Source: Gemmatales bacterium
Lineage (GTDB): Bacteria > Planctomycetota > Planctomycetia > Gemmatales > HRBIN36
Direction: 5' to 3'
DNA: 64,000 nucleotides
NCBI GenBank assembly: GCA_041640595.1
Contig: JBEPZY010000005.1
Coordinates: 192,001-256,000, forward strand
Under the pieces are notes generated by a model. That model saw nothing but the letters and a program-made list of their open reading frames with translations. It was not told the DNA's origin and did not search any database. Of the stretch, positions 9,549 to 20,341 are shown one piece after another (positions within the stretch are counted from its first letter, which is position 1; every line of letters begins with the position of its first letter). The position numbers and the translations under genes are program-made.

Positions 9549-12230
9549 ATGCGGAACGCTGCCACGGTGTTTTGCTGGGTCCTGGTCTGCCTGGCCGGTT
9601 CGCTTGCCCAACCTGCAAAGCCTCCACCCGAGCAGGTCGCTTCCGGTTTCCCGGCCGATTGGCTAGCGACCACACCGCTACGCCATCTCGGCCCGACCGC
9701 CATGAGCGGTCGCGTGACGGACCTGGCGGTGGTCGAAAGCAAACCGAGCACGTTTTATGTCGCCAGTGCCAGCGGTGGGTTGTGGAAGACGGTCAACAAC
9801 GGCATCACGTTTAGTTGTGTTTTTGCCGGGCAGCCGCATCCCTCCATTGGTGCGGTGGCGGTTGCACCGAGTAATCCCGAGGTGGTCTGGGTAGGCACCG
9901 GCGAAGCCAATGCCCGCAACAGCGTTTCCTGGGGTAACGGGGTCTTTCTGAGTACCGATGGCGGCAAGAGCTGGCGGCATTGCGGCCTGGTGGAGACGCG
10001 GCACATCGGGCGGATTGTCGTTGACCCGCGCGATCCGTTCACGGCTTACGTAGCGGCAGTAGGACGATTCTGGGGCAGCAATCGCGAGCGAGGTTTATTC
10101 AAAACTGCCGATGGCGGCAAAACCTGGCAGCATGTCCTGGCCCTCGATGACGAAACGGGCGTCATTGATGTCGTCCTCGACCCGAAAAATCCCGACACAG
10201 TCTATGCGGCGGCTTACCGAGTCCGTCGCGATGCGTTCGGTGGAGGCAATCCGGAGATCATGTTCGGGCCCAAAGCGGGCATTTACAAAAGCACCGACGC
10301 TGGCCGAACCTGGAATCGACTCACTCAGGGATTGCCGAAATCGGCCATCGGACGCGTCGGGCTGACCATTTATCCGCGCGACCCGCGTGTCCTCTACGCC
10401 GTCATCCCGACCGAGAAAACCAATATCCGTCAGGTGGCCGGTCAACCTCCCCGCGCCAATCACGATCCCGAAACCGGTGGCATTTTCGTTTCCCGCGACG
10501 GCGGGGAAAGTTGGAACAAGGTCAACGATTTATGCCCGCGGCCATTCTATTTCGGCCAAATCCGCGTGGATCCCAATAACGATCAACGGCTCTACGTTCT
10601 GGGCATTCCGCTGTATGTTTCCGACGATGGCGGCAAGACTTTCCGCACCGGTGTGCCGCGCGTGCATGTTGACCATCACGCTTTGTGGATCAATCCCCAC
10701 AATTCCGACCATTTGATTCTGGGCAATGATGGCGGGGTGTACATCAGTTACGATCGCGGGGCCAACTGGGAATTCCTGCCCAATCTGCCGATCGCGCAGT
10801 TCTACGCCATCGGTGTGGACATGCGAAAGCCCTACTGGATTTACGGCGGTTTGCAGGACAACGGTTCCTGGGGCGTTCCCAGCGCCACCCGGGATATTCG
10901 CGGCATCACCATCAACGATTGGATTCGCGTCGGTGGCGGGGACGGATTCTATTGCCAGCCAGACCCCAGTGATCCCACCACGCTGTTTGTGGAAATGCAA
11001 TATGGCCGATTGCAGCGAGTCAATCTGGCGAATGGTGCGGTGACCAGCATCTCGCCTGCTGCTCCGAAAGGGCAGCCGCCTTATCGCTTCAACTGGAACA
11101 CGCCGCTGCTGCTTTCTCCGCACAATCCGCGGATTGTCTATTACGGCGGCAACTACTTGTTCCGCTCGCTGAATCGCGGGGAGAACTGGGAAATAATCAG
11201 TCCGGAGCTGACGGCAACTTCGCGGGGTTCGTTGACCACAATCGCCGAATCACCACGCCGGGCCGGTGTTTTGTGGACGGGAAGCGATGATGGCCGCGTC
11301 TGCCTTTCCCGGGACGGTGGCCGAACCTGGACGGATTTCACCGCACGGATTCCGGGATTGCCTCCTGCAGGTCATGTGACGCGCATCGAGGCATCGCCCT
11401 TCGACGCCGCTACCGCTTTTCTCAGCGTGGATCGCCATCGGCAGGAGGATTATCGCCCTTATCTGTACGTAACCAGCGATTTCGGTGAGACGTGGAAAGC
11501 GTTGCACGAAACCTTGCCGCAGGAGGGCCCGGTGCACGTCGTACGCCAGGACCCGCGCAACCCACAATTGCTTTACGTGGGCACGGAATTCGGGTTATTC
11601 GTATCGCTGAACGCTGGCAAAAATTGGCTACCTGTCCGGCAACTGCCACCCGTGGCTGTTCACGATCTCGTCGTTCATCCGCGCGATCCCGAACTGGTGA
11701 TCGCTACGCATGGTCGCGGCATTTACATTCTCGACGTTCACGCTCTGCAACAATGCACACCGGACGTTCTCGCCAAGCCTTTCTGGCTATTCCGACCAGC
11801 GGCGACGATTGCCTACACCCCGCGACTGTTGCAAGGACTCAACGGGGCAAAACATTTTGTCGGCAATAACCCGCCCTACGGGGCAACTCTGGCGGTTTAC
11901 TTCCGGCAAGGGGTCAGTGGCGAGGCTTTGTTGCAGATAACCGATCCGCTGGGTGAGCTGGTTCACGAAACTCGCATTTCGGCCAAACCCGGCATACATT
12001 ACCTCAACTGGAATCTCCGACGCCCTGGCAAACCAGCAAAACCAGGCGTACCAGCATTTGGCCCCCGCGTGCCGCCCGGCGACTATGTCGTCCGCTTACG
12101 CCTGGGCGAGACCACTCTCACGCAAAAGCTTCGGGTCGAAGCGGAAACGAGCGGTGAAGTTTTTGGTCTGGCTGCCGGGGTCGAGGAGGCTGAAGAACAC
12201 GAGGCCGAGGATACTATCTTACAGCGATGA
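9549..12230 (+). CDS. Secreted BNR/Asp-box beta-propeller protein (VPS10/sortilin-like glycosyl hydrolase)
   Basis: Signal peptide, GPxxMSGRV, repeated SxDGGxTW Asp-boxes, GGLQDNG, GGDGF and ATHGRG. Confidence 0.88.
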   Translation: MRNAATVFCWVLVCLAGSLAQPAKPPPEQVASGFPADWLATTPLRHLGPTAMSGRVTDLAVVESKPSTFYVASASGGLWKTVNNGITFSCVFAGQPHPSIGAVAVAPSNPEVVWVGTGEANARNSVSWGNGVFLSTDGGKSWRHCGLVETRHIGRIVVDPRDPFTAYVAAVGRFWGSNRERGLFKTADGGKTWQHVLALDDETGVIDVVLDPKNPDTVYAAAYRVRRDAFGGGNPEIMFGPKAGIYKSTDAGRTWNRLTQGLPKSAIGRVGLTIYPRDPRVLYAVIPTEKTNIRQVAGQPPRANHDPETGGIFVSRDGGESWNKVNDLCPRPFYFGQIRVDPNNDQRLYVLGIPLYVSDDGGKTFRTGVPRVHVDHHALWINPHNSDHLILGNDGGVYISYDRGANWEFLPNLPIAQFYAIGVDMRKPYWIYGGLQDNGSWGVPSATRDIRGITINDWIRVGGGDGFYCQPDPSDPTTLFVEMQYGRLQRVNLANGAVTSISPAAPKGQPPYRFNWNTPLLLSPHNPRIVYYGGNYLFRSLNRGENWEIISPELTATSRGSLTTIAESPRRAGVLWTGSDDGRVCLSRDGGRTWTDFTARIPGLPPAGHVTRIEASPFDAATAFLSVDRHRQEDYRPYLYVTSDFGETWKALHETLPQEGPVHVVRQDPRNPQLLYVGTEFGLFVSLNAGKNWLPVRQLPPVAVHDLVVHPRDPELVIATHGRGIYILDVHALQQCTPDVLAKPFWLFRPAATIAYTPRLLQGLNGAKHFVGNNPPYGATLAVYFRQGVSGEALLQITDPLGELVHETRISAKPGIHYLNWNLRRPGKPAKPGVPAFGPRVPPGDYVVRLRLGETTLTQKLRVEAETSGEVFGLAAGVEEAEEHEAEDTILQR

Positions 12231-12239
12231 GGAGGAGGT

Positions 12240-13124
12240 ATGCTGTCGTACAGTGCCATCTGGCTGGCATTGGTCGGGTCGCTGGCCGTTGAGCCGACGG
12301 TCATCCCACTCTGGCCGGACAAAGCTCCCGGAGCTGTCGGCGAAAAACCCGAAGATCGTCCCACTCTGACGGTTTATCTGCCACCGAAAGAAAAGGCGAC
12401 AGGCACGGCGGTGATTGTTTGCCCCGGAGGCGGCTATGGCTTCCTGGCCGTCGGCCATGAGGGAGAGGAAGTGGCACGCTGGCTCAATGAACGTGGCGTG
12501 GCTGCATTTGTTTTGCGTTACCGCATCGCGCCACGCTATCGTCACCCCGCACCCTTGCAGGATGTTCAGCGGGCGATTCGATTGGTGCGTAGCCGGGCCG
12601 AACAATGGCAAGTGAATCCGCAGCGAATCGGTGTCTGGGGCTTTTCCGCGGGAGGACATCTGGCAGCGACCGCCGCTACGCATTTCGATCACGGTAATCC
12701 GGACAGTCCCGATCCGGTGGAGCGGGTCAGTTGCCGACCCGATTTCTGCATCCTCGCCTATCCGGTCATTTCGTTCACCGAGCCGTTTACCCACAAAGGC
12801 TCCCGCAACAACCTGCTTGGGCCCAACCCGGACCCGAAGTTGCTCGAAGACCTGTCCAATGAAAAGCGAGTTACGCCGCAAACCCCGCCCACGTTTTTGT
12901 TCCACACGAACGAGGATAAGGGCGTACCGCCGGAGAACAGCGTCGTCTATTACCTGGCATTGCGGCGAGCGGGCGTTCCTGCGGAGCTGCACATCTACGA
13001 AAAAGGCCCGCACGGTGTGGGATTGGCCCAGAAAGACCCCGTGCTTCGCACCTGGCCTGACCGCCTCGCCGACTGGCTCCGCATCCACGGCTTACTCACT
13101 CCCGCAGCAGCAAAGAATCCGTAG
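12240..13124 (+). CDS. Alpha/beta hydrolase (secreted esterase, BD-FAE/xylan esterase-like)
   Basis: Signal peptide, CPGGGY oxyanion motif, GFSAGGHL nucleophile elbow and the catalytic His in GPHG. Confidence 0.9.
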   Translation: MLSYSAIWLALVGSLAVEPTVIPLWPDKAPGAVGEKPEDRPTLTVYLPPKEKATGTAVIVCPGGGYGFLAVGHEGEEVARWLNERGVAAFVLRYRIAPRYRHPAPLQDVQRAIRLVRSRAEQWQVNPQRIGVWGFSAGGHLAATAATHFDHGNPDSPDPVERVSCRPDFCILAYPVISFTEPFTHKGSRNNLLGPNPDPKLLEDLSNEKRVTPQTPPTFLFHTNEDKGVPPENSVVYYLALRRAGVPAELHIYEKGPHGVGLAQKDPVLRTWPDRLADWLRIHGLLTPAAAKNP

Positions 13125-13216
13125 CCGATTGCAGCTGCTCCAGCCCGTCGGTGAAAAAATCCCGCCCGGACTGGTCTGGTGGTCGCGAGAACCGCGATGT
13201 GAAATGGAGAGCCACC

Positions 13217-14470
13217 ATGCCTGATAGGAGACTGCTGGCGACAGTCTGGCTGACCGCTACGGTTGGCGTAGCCCTTGCCGAATGGCCGCAATGGCTCGGA
13301 CCGAAACGCGATGGCACCGCCACGGTTCGGATTGGCGTCTGGCAGGGCGGTTTGCCTGTGCTATGGCGGCAGCCCGTCGGCGAGGGTCATAGCGGCCCCG
13401 TCGTTGCCGGTGGACTGGTTTATGTGCATGCCCGTGTGGCTGATCGGGAGCAGGAAGAAGTCCTGGCGCTGCAACTGAAAACCGGCCAGGTCGTGTGGCG
13501 GCAGGCCTACGACCGACCGAAGTTTGAAAACCCGTTCGGTAACGGACCGCGGGCTACACCGCTGGTGACCCCTGATGGGCAACTGTTCACGCTCGGGGCG
13601 TCGGGAATCCTTTGTTGCTGGGATGCCCGGACAGGCAAACTCTTCTGGCGAAAAAACCTCTTGGCCGAGTTTTCTGCGAAAAATCTGTTCTTCGGCGTTT
13701 CCAGTTCGCCGTTACTGGTGACCGAGCAGGAGCGGAAATGGTTGGTGCTGATGGTGGGAGGCGCCGATGCCACTCTGGTTGCGCTGGACCCTGCCAATGG
13801 TCAGACACTCTGGAAATGCGGAAACGATCCCGCCAGCTATTCTTCCCCGGTGTTGATGGAGTTTGGCGGTCGCAAATTGATCGTTGCCCTGACGGCCCGG
13901 CATCTGGTGGCCATGGACGTTCCCACCGGACGCTGGCTGGCAACGTATCCCTTTGCCGACAAACTCAACGAGACCGCAATTACTCCGGTCGTCATTGGTG
14001 ATCGGGTCTTTATCAGTTCCATCACTGCCGGCAGTGTGTTGCTGCGGTTGCGCGAGCAAGATGGTCAGCTCCAGTGGCAGGAACTGTGGAAAAATCCTCA
14101 GCTCAATTGCTACTTCGCCACACCGGTAATCGTCGGCGAGCATTTGTTCGTAGTGCAGAATCAGTTGCTGCCGCCGCTGGCGCGGTTGAATTGCCTGAAG
14201 CTCGCGGACGGTCAGTTGATATGGAAACAGCCGGAAAACAGCCGCATCCTTGGCAAATATCACGGTACTTTGCTGCGTGCCGAGGACAAAGTGCTGGTGC
14301 TGAAAGAAGACGGCGAGCTGTTGCTTATCGAGGCCCGTGCGGAGAATTTCAAAGAACTGGCGCGTGCTCGTGTTTGCGGCAACACCTGGGCGCATCCGGC
14401 CCTGTCGGAAAATCTGCTCGTGGTGCGGGATGAAAAAGAGATCCGTTGTCTGCTGCTCCCGCAACCCTGA
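13217..14470 (+). CDS. PQQ-like beta-propeller repeat protein
   Basis: Signal peptide then EWPQWLGPKRDG, repeated xDxxTGxxxW blades, YSSP and WAHPA. Confidence 0.88.
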   Translation: MPDRRLLATVWLTATVGVALAEWPQWLGPKRDGTATVRIGVWQGGLPVLWRQPVGEGHSGPVVAGGLVYVHARVADREQEEVLALQLKTGQVVWRQAYDRPKFENPFGNGPRATPLVTPDGQLFTLGASGILCCWDARTGKLFWRKNLLAEFSAKNLFFGVSSSPLLVTEQERKWLVLMVGGADATLVALDPANGQTLWKCGNDPASYSSPVLMEFGGRKLIVALTARHLVAMDVPTGRWLATYPFADKLNETAITPVVIGDRVFISSITAGSVLLRLREQDGQLQWQELWKNPQLNCYFATPVIVGEHLFVVQNQLLPPLARLNCLKLADGQLIWKQPENSRILGKYHGTLLRAEDKVLVLKEDGELLLIEARAENFKELARARVCGNTWAHPALSENLLVVRDEKEIRCLLLPQP

Positions 14471-14482
14471 AGGAGAGCGACG

Positions 14483-15607
14483 ATGAGCCAGCCGCAATAT
14501 GCCGTGCGGGATGTGGAAAAGATCACCAGTCCGGCTCTCCTGTTTTTCCGCGACCGGATCGAATCGAATCTGGAGCGGATGATCAACATCGCAGGTTCGC
14601 CAGATCGGCTCTGCCCGCACGTAAAAACCCACAAATGTCCGAATATTGTGCAACTGGAACTGGCACGGGGAATTCGCCATCACAAATGTGCGACTTTGGC
14701 CGAAGCGCTTATGCTGGCGGAAGCGGGGGCGGCCAGTGTACTGGTTGCCTATCCTCTTGTCGGCCCGAATTGCCGACTGTTCGCCGAGATGGTTCGGCAT
14801 TTTCCCAAAACGCGCTTCGCTGTGATCGCGGATCATCCGGCTGGTCTGGAAGCACTCTCGGCCGCGGCAGTCTCGCTGGGCGTCCAGGTGGAAGTATTGC
14901 TCGACCTCGACGTCGGGCAGCACCGCACCGGCGTGCCTTGCGGGGAAACGGCGGTGAGTCTGTATGAGAAAATCACGCGGTTACCCAGCTTGGTTCCCGG
15001 CGGCCTGCATGGCTACGATGGGCACAACCAGCAGCCAGAGCCCGAAGAGCGTCGTCGAGCAGTAGCGGCAATCGTCTGCGAATTGCAAGGCCTGCTCGAA
15101 CAGCTCCAGAAGCGCCGGTTGCCCGTGCCGCGCATTGTTGTCGGTGGCACACCGACCTTCCCCTGCTGGGCCGCGCAGCATTTACCGAATCTGCAATGCT
15201 CGCCCGGAACCTGCGTGCTGCACGACGCCAACTACGCCCGGAAGTTTCCCGATCTGGGATTCACCCCCGCGGCGCTGGTGTTGACCCGAGTCGTGAGCCG
15301 ACCAGCAACTGATCGCATCACGCTCGACCTGGGTTACAAAGCAATCTGCGCGGATCCTCCGGCAGGCCAGCGGTGTGTTTTTCCGGATTTGCCCGATTCC
15401 CGCCAGGTCTTGCATAACGAGGAACATCTGGTGCTGGAAACGCCGCTGGCTCAGCGTTATCAGCCCGGTGATGTGTTACTCGCAATTCCTGCCCATGTGT
15501 GCCCGACCTGTGCTCTGCACGATTTTGCCTATGTGGTCGAAAACGGCCGAATCAGTGGGCGCTGGGAAATCCCTGCCCGCCGGCGGTTAGTAGCTCTGGC
15601 GAAGTGA
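14483..15607 (+). CDS. D-threonine aldolase / DSD1 family PLP-dependent enzyme
   Basis: PHVKTHK (PLP lysine), HRTG, GYDGH, GGTPTF, NEEH and HVCPT. Confidence 0.88.
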   Translation: MSQPQYAVRDVEKITSPALLFFRDRIESNLERMINIAGSPDRLCPHVKTHKCPNIVQLELARGIRHHKCATLAEALMLAEAGAASVLVAYPLVGPNCRLFAEMVRHFPKTRFAVIADHPAGLEALSAAAVSLGVQVEVLLDLDVGQHRTGVPCGETAVSLYEKITRLPSLVPGGLHGYDGHNQQPEPEERRRAVAAIVCELQGLLEQLQKRRLPVPRIVVGGTPTFPCWAAQHLPNLQCSPGTCVLHDANYARKFPDLGFTPAALVLTRVVSRPATDRITLDLGYKAICADPPAGQRCVFPDLPDSRQVLHNEEHLVLETPLAQRYQPGDVLLAIPAHVCPTCALHDFAYVVENGRISGRWEIPARRRLVALAK

Positions 15608-15796
15608 CGGCAAGTTTACCGTTGCTGCGGTGTGACCGCAATGATGGATCGCGGTCGGAGCGGTAAATGGTCTTTATTGCCGGCCACCATCGTGGTATAG
15701 TTGCGCGAGAGATGCTGCAACGCAGGTCATGCAAGCGCCTGGCGTGAACAACGCGGCGAGGAACTGGCGAAGGGCTCAGTTCGCGGAGAAAGGAAA

Positions 15797-16666
15797 ATGT
15801 GTGCTGGCCAGTGGCGTGCGATACAGCGACGCTCCGGGTATCTGCTGGGCAAGGGGACAGGTTTCGGCGTGGTGGTTTTTCTCGGCCTGCTCGCGGGATG
15901 GCAACCTGGTTCGTTGCCCGCACAGAATACGCCGGCATCCACCGGGCAGGTCGATCGGCAGGTCTGGCTGGATCGCCTGTTGCAATACTGGCAACGTGAG
16001 GCTGCCCGCACCGTCAAACTTCAGGCTCAGTTTGAGGCCACGCGAAAATTCAACAATTTCGGCGGCGTCGTCAAGAGTTACCAGGGCCTGGCCAAGTTCA
16101 TGCGCTTGCCGGACAATGCTTATGGCCTGCTGATTCAGCTCGTTGAAAAAGACCAGCCCCAGCGCTATGAGCGTTACCTGTGCACTGGCACCCATTTTTA
16201 CATATTCCGTCCGGAAGAGAAGACCGTGTATTTCCACACGCTGCCGCCTCGCAAAGCCAATGAAGTGCCCGATCAGGGGCCGATGTCTTTCCTGTTTGGC
16301 ATCAGCGCCGACGAAGCGAAAAAGCGTTACAAAATGCAGATCACTCAGCAGGATGAGTGGTACACCTATGTGCAAATCGAGCCACTCTTCCCCAAGGATC
16401 AGGTGGACTTCCTCTACGCTCGCCTGGCCGTGCTCAATAAGCCGACCAGGGCAATTCCGCAATACTATCCGCGGCAGATTTACTGGGTCGAACCGCAAAA
16501 AGTCGAGGTGACCTGGGACATGGTACAGTTGCTGCAAAACGAGTCGGCGACCCAGGTCGAACGCCGCGATTTCGCCGCCCCACAAGTTCCCTCGGGCTGG
16601 CAGCTCAAGCCGATCCAGCAACCATCGCAGCCCAATCAGCCTTCGGTAGTTCGGCCGCAACAATGA
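15797..16666 (+). CDS. Planctomycete exported protein, TIGR03009-like (LolA-like fold)
   Basis: Signal/TM segment, LDxLLxxW, GPxxFLFGxxAxEAKxRY and a C-terminal PxGW. The start is uncertain. Confidence 0.7.
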   Translation: MCAGQWRAIQRRSGYLLGKGTGFGVVVFLGLLAGWQPGSLPAQNTPASTGQVDRQVWLDRLLQYWQREAARTVKLQAQFEATRKFNNFGGVVKSYQGLAKFMRLPDNAYGLLIQLVEKDQPQRYERYLCTGTHFYIFRPEEKTVYFHTLPPRKANEVPDQGPMSFLFGISADEAKKRYKMQITQQDEWYTYVQIEPLFPKDQVDFLYARLAVLNKPTRAIPQYYPRQIYWVEPQKVEVTWDMVQLLQNESATQVERRDFAAPQVPSGWQLKPIQQPSQPNQPSVVRPQQ

Positions 16667-16815
16667 GTTGCGCCAGTTCCCGTTTCTTTTTCCTTCCGGG
16701 CAGGCTGGCCGATTCGTCCATCGGCCATTAGGATAACTTACCGCTCGTTACGTTCCGAGCTTAGGCGTAACGATATTTCTCTCGCTGCTTGCTTCATACG
16801 AGGAGCTGAGGAACC

Positions 16816-17067
16816 ATGTCGCTGGATAAAAGTCTGCGCCGCAAAGGTGGCATCGTGCGAAGCCGCAACGTCCTTACCCGGGCAGAACGGATCAAGCAAC
16901 TGATGCAGGAGGAACGGTGGAAGGAGGGCATGAGTCCGTTCGGCTTGCCGAAAGTCCGCGTCATCAAGCTGAAGAAATCGAAGCGCTCCGCCAAGGAAGA
17001 AAAACCAGCAGCCACACAAACCGCCACTCCCGCCGCCGCACCCGCTGACTCCGAAAAGAAGAAGTAG
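16816..17067 (+). CDS. PVC-superphylum small basic protein (TIGR04137-like)
   Basis: [28 protein letters not shown] with a Lys-rich tail. An SD (GAGG) lies upstream. Confidence 0.88.
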   Translation: MSLDKSLRRKGGIVRSRNVLTRAERIKQLMQEERWKEGMSPFGLPKVRVIKLKKSKRSAKEEKPAATQTATPAAAPADSEKKK

Positions 17068-17138
17068 CTGCGCCGAGTTTCAAATCGCCAGTCGCCTTCT
17101 TCGGGCCACTGTAATTGCCGCAGTGGTGCGTGTGTGGG

Positions 17139-17618
17139 CTACGGGATGGTAATTTCGAGGATTTCCAGGCGGCGCAAACCGGCAGGAACGCGAATCTCGG
17201 CTATTTCCCCGACCTTTTTGCCCAGCAAACCCTGGGCCAGGGGGCTGGTGTACAAAATCTTGTTCGCGTTGTAATCTTGTTCGCCTGGGCCGACGATGTG
17301 CACAAAATCTTCCTCGCCGGTATCTAAGTTACGGAACCGCACCCGCGCACCGAAGACAACTTCACCCTGGGGTAGCTCGGATTTGTCCACAATATAGGCC
17401 CGTGCCAGTTTGTCGCGCAGGTCGTTGATTTTGGCCTGGAGGATGCCCTGGAGTTCGCGTGCGGCATGGTAATCCGCATTTTCCCGCAAATCGCCCAGAA
17501 CCCGCGCGTTAGCGATCCGTTGCCGCACTTCCGGCATCTGGACGTTTTCCAGGTGGTCGAGTTCTGCACGGAGTTTTTCGTAGCCTTCCCGAGTCATCGG
17601 TATCCGGTCCATGCTCAT
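17139..17618 (-). CDS. greA: Transcription elongation factor GreA
   Basis: MTREGYEKL..GDLRENADYHAARE..SPLAQGLLG. An SD (GGAGG) precedes the ATG at 17618. Confidence 0.95.
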   Translation of the reverse strand: MSMDRIPMTREGYEKLRAELDHLENVQMPEVRQRIANARVLGDLRENADYHAARELQGILQAKINDLRDKLARAYIVDKSELPQGEVVFGARVRFRNLDTGEEDFVHIVGPGEQDYNANKILYTSPLAQGLLGKKVGEIAEIRVPAGLRRLEILEITIP

Positions 17619-17957
17619 GGATTCCTCCAACTGCGACCGTGAATCTCTCAGCAGGGCGATAATATCCCCCGAATAATGCGGCTTCGGGCACCAAACCAGC
17701 ACTCGGCTTCGCTTGCGTTGCGGAATAGTTCAGCATCACTATTATACAGTGCCGCGATTGGCCACCAGACCAATCGGCTGGTTTGCATTTGGGCAGATAA
17801 ATTGTGCCAGCAGACAAGCTACGCAAAAGGGTCCCCGCTATGGGTCCGGCAAATCCCAGGCGATGCGAACGTCCTGGCTGTGTAGCGCAATTAGTCCGGC
17901 AGCTTATAGACCGGCCAGGTAAAAAGTCTCCTTCATCAAACTTGCCGGGTGTCGTGG

Positions 17958-19367
17958 CTAATCCGGCAGCTTATAAGGCGGACGGTATTCGTAACTGAGC
18001 AGGCGATCCGCTTCGGGACAGTTGAGGAAGCGTTCCCGGTCTGCGTCCCATTGTAGATAACGCTGCAAGCGATGGGCGATGTTGCCGATCAGAGGGGCCG
18101 ATGTGCTGCGGTGACCGGATTCAATGTCGGAATTGCATCGCTGTCGGCTGCGAACACAGTCGAGGAAGTTGCGGACATGAAATTCTGTGTCGGCAGAACC
18201 ACTCTGCTTTTTGCCGGCAATCACCGTGTGTGCACCCTTGCGGTATTCGCGTTCCCGCGTGCGATCCAGCGGCGTGCGGGCCGGAACTTCGTTCGGCGTA
18301 ATCGTCTCCGGCACAACTTCGTAACCGTTGGAAAACAGATAGAGTGTGCCTTTGGTGCCGCGGAATTCGATCTCGCATGGTCGTGCTCCTCCGGGAGCAG
18401 CATTGGCGTCTATCTGGGAAAAACTCACCAGTACCAGCCCGCTTCCGGGTTCTCCTGGCAGTTGCCGGGCACTGTTTTTGCTGCCGGGATAAGTCCAGAG
18501 CACTTCCAGGGTGTCGGGTACCTCACGGTTGTCGAAGTCAGCAAACTTGCCGCCCATGGCCGTAACTGCCAGCGGCTTATCCACGCCCAGACACCAGTGG
18601 ATCATGTCGAGGTAGTGAACGCCGAAGTTTGTCAGTTGTCCGCCGGAGTAGTCGTAGAACCAGCGGAAGCGGTAGAAGGCACGGTTGCGGTTGTATGGTT
18701 TGACTGGTGCCGGGCCGAGCCAGGCGTCCCAGTTCAGGTCTTTCGGAGGCGGTTCGTCTGGCGGTCGGCCAATGCCTTTGGGCCATTCATTGCGGATGTG
18801 GAAAGCGCGAACCCGTGTGATCTGACCAATCCCACCTTCCCGCAAGAACTGTGCGACTTCCTGGCAAAACGGCGACGACCGCCGATGCAATCCCACCTGA
18901 CACACCCGCCGATAACGCTGGCAGGCCTCGACCATTTTCCGCCCTTCAACAACGCACAGCGATAAGGGCTTTTCTACGAAAACATCCTTGCCGGCCTGAA
19001 ACGCATGGATGGTTTGCAAAGCGTGCCAGTGATCGGGCGTGCAAATCACTACCGCATCCACATCCTTGCGATCCAGCAGCTGCCGATAGTCCTCGAACTG
19101 GCTCACCTGACTGGCGGCCGCGTCAGCCTGAGCAATTTTGCGGCAGGCAAAGTCGCGGTACGGCGCATACAAATCGCACACCGCGACCACCTGGCAATCC
19201 TTTTGTTTCAAAAAAGCATCCAGCACCTGATCGCCGCGATTGCCGACACCGATAAAGCCGACGCGAATCCGCTCGTTGGCACCGAGCACTTGCGAGCTCG
19301 CCAGTGCCGAAAGCGCACCCGCTATCGCCAGTCGCTTACCAAACTGCCGCCGTGTCATTCGCCCCAT
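17958..19367 (-). CDS. Gfo/Idh/MocA family oxidoreductase with Tat-like leader
   Basis: MTRRQF twin-arginine leader, IGVGNRG, TPDHWH, EKP, WLGPAP and GVHYLD. Confidence 0.92.
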   Translation of the reverse strand: MGRMTRRQFGKRLAIAGALSALASSQVLGANERIRVGFIGVGNRGDQVLDAFLKQKDCQVVAVCDLYAPYRDFACRKIAQADAAASQVSQFEDYRQLLDRKDVDAVVICTPDHWHALQTIHAFQAGKDVFVEKPLSLCVVEGRKMVEACQRYRRVCQVGLHRRSSPFCQEVAQFLREGGIGQITRVRAFHIRNEWPKGIGRPPDEPPPKDLNWDAWLGPAPVKPYNRNRAFYRFRWFYDYSGGQLTNFGVHYLDMIHWCLGVDKPLAVTAMGGKFADFDNREVPDTLEVLWTYPGSKNSARQLPGEPGSGLVLVSFSQIDANAAPGGARPCEIEFRGTKGTLYLFSNGYEVVPETITPNEVPARTPLDRTREREYRKGAHTVIAGKKQSGSADTEFHVRNFLDCVRSRQRCNSDIESGHRSTSAPLIGNIAHRLQRYLQWDADRERFLNCPEADRLLSYEYRPPYKLPD

Positions 19368-19693
19368 GACTTGCCTCCTGTTATTCCACGCCACTGAAAG
19401 TTGTTGTACGAGAAACTATGATTGACCGCAATACACGCAGCCAAAGGCGTTCCCGACCTTCCCGGCTAATTTATGGGCCGGAACAAATATGGCTTCCGGG
19501 TGCGTTTTCGGCGGCAGATCCTTACAGGCTCGCTCCCCGGCAGCCGGAACAGAAAACCGCTTTATCTGCCGTTTCTATGCCGCCGCGCTACCAGGCGATT
19601 CCCTTTTCTCGTGGTCAATAGATGCGCTACCCATGCTGGAACGTTTAGGCGTCTGCGGAAAAATCAGCCCTTCGGGTGTCGCTGGCGTATGCT

Positions 19694-20326
19694 TTATTGG
19701 GCCGAGGGTACCGGTTGATGATCGGGGCACTCCACACGCAATTCGGCCAATCGCAGGGGCTGATTCAATAGTCGGCAATGATGTGGAGCTTGTGGGTCTG
19801 AGTAGCGGTGTGGCTCAAAAAACACGCATGTGGTACACATTCGTGCTACCTCGATTACGCCAGCTCGCTGTAAGCCAGCGATGAGCTGCAGCAGGGTCTC
19901 CAGAAACAGCCCCTTTTGCGATTGCGGCAAGCTACCCAATTGCCTGCGAAGGGGGGTGACCCACTCTCCCATTCTGCGAGCCAGAGCCCGACCACGTGGG
20001 GACAACCTTAGCCATACTACCCGCCTGTCATGGGCATCGGTGGCGCGTTGAAGCAACCCTTTGCGCACTAAAGCACTCACCGCGTCGCTGAGGGTGGATT
20101 GTTTCAGCGAGAAACGCCGCGCCAGTTCGCTGACGGTGGTACGCGACTCCGGAGCCGCGAGTAGATAGATGAGGATCTGCGCTTGCGTGGCGCTGAGACG
20201 CTTCTTCCAGGCCGTATGCCACAAAGACGTATGCAACGCTTGCGCCAGACGCTCCAGCGCTGCCACAATCTTGGCGTCTAAGTTCTGCTCGCCTTCAGCT
20301 TCAGCCGCAGAAATACGGTTGTTCAA
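19694..20326 (-). CDS. MarR-family winged-helix regulator with C-terminal Cys/His-rich tail
   Basis: LSATQAQIL, VSELARRF..STLSDAVSALVRKGLL, DRR..LSPRG, then the tail CTTC..HHC..CPDH. Confidence 0.88.
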   Translation of the reverse strand: MNNRISAAEAEGEQNLDAKIVAALERLAQALHTSLWHTAWKKRLSATQAQILIYLLAAPESRTTVSELARRFSLKQSTLSDAVSALVRKGLLQRATDAHDRRVVWLRLSPRGRALARRMGEWVTPLRRQLGSLPQSQKGLFLETLLQLIAGLQRAGVIEVARMCTTCVFFEPHRYSDPQAPHHCRLLNQPLRLAELRVECPDHQPVPSAQ

Positions 20327-20341
20327 GCCTGGTGGGTTGGC

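Noticed and set aside
13712..14923. Long antisense ORFs (also 24241..25437, 25537..26622, 18072..18965, 6139..7095, 2000..2902)
   Set aside because: They are shadows of well-supported genes in GC-rich DNA and have no recognisable motifs.
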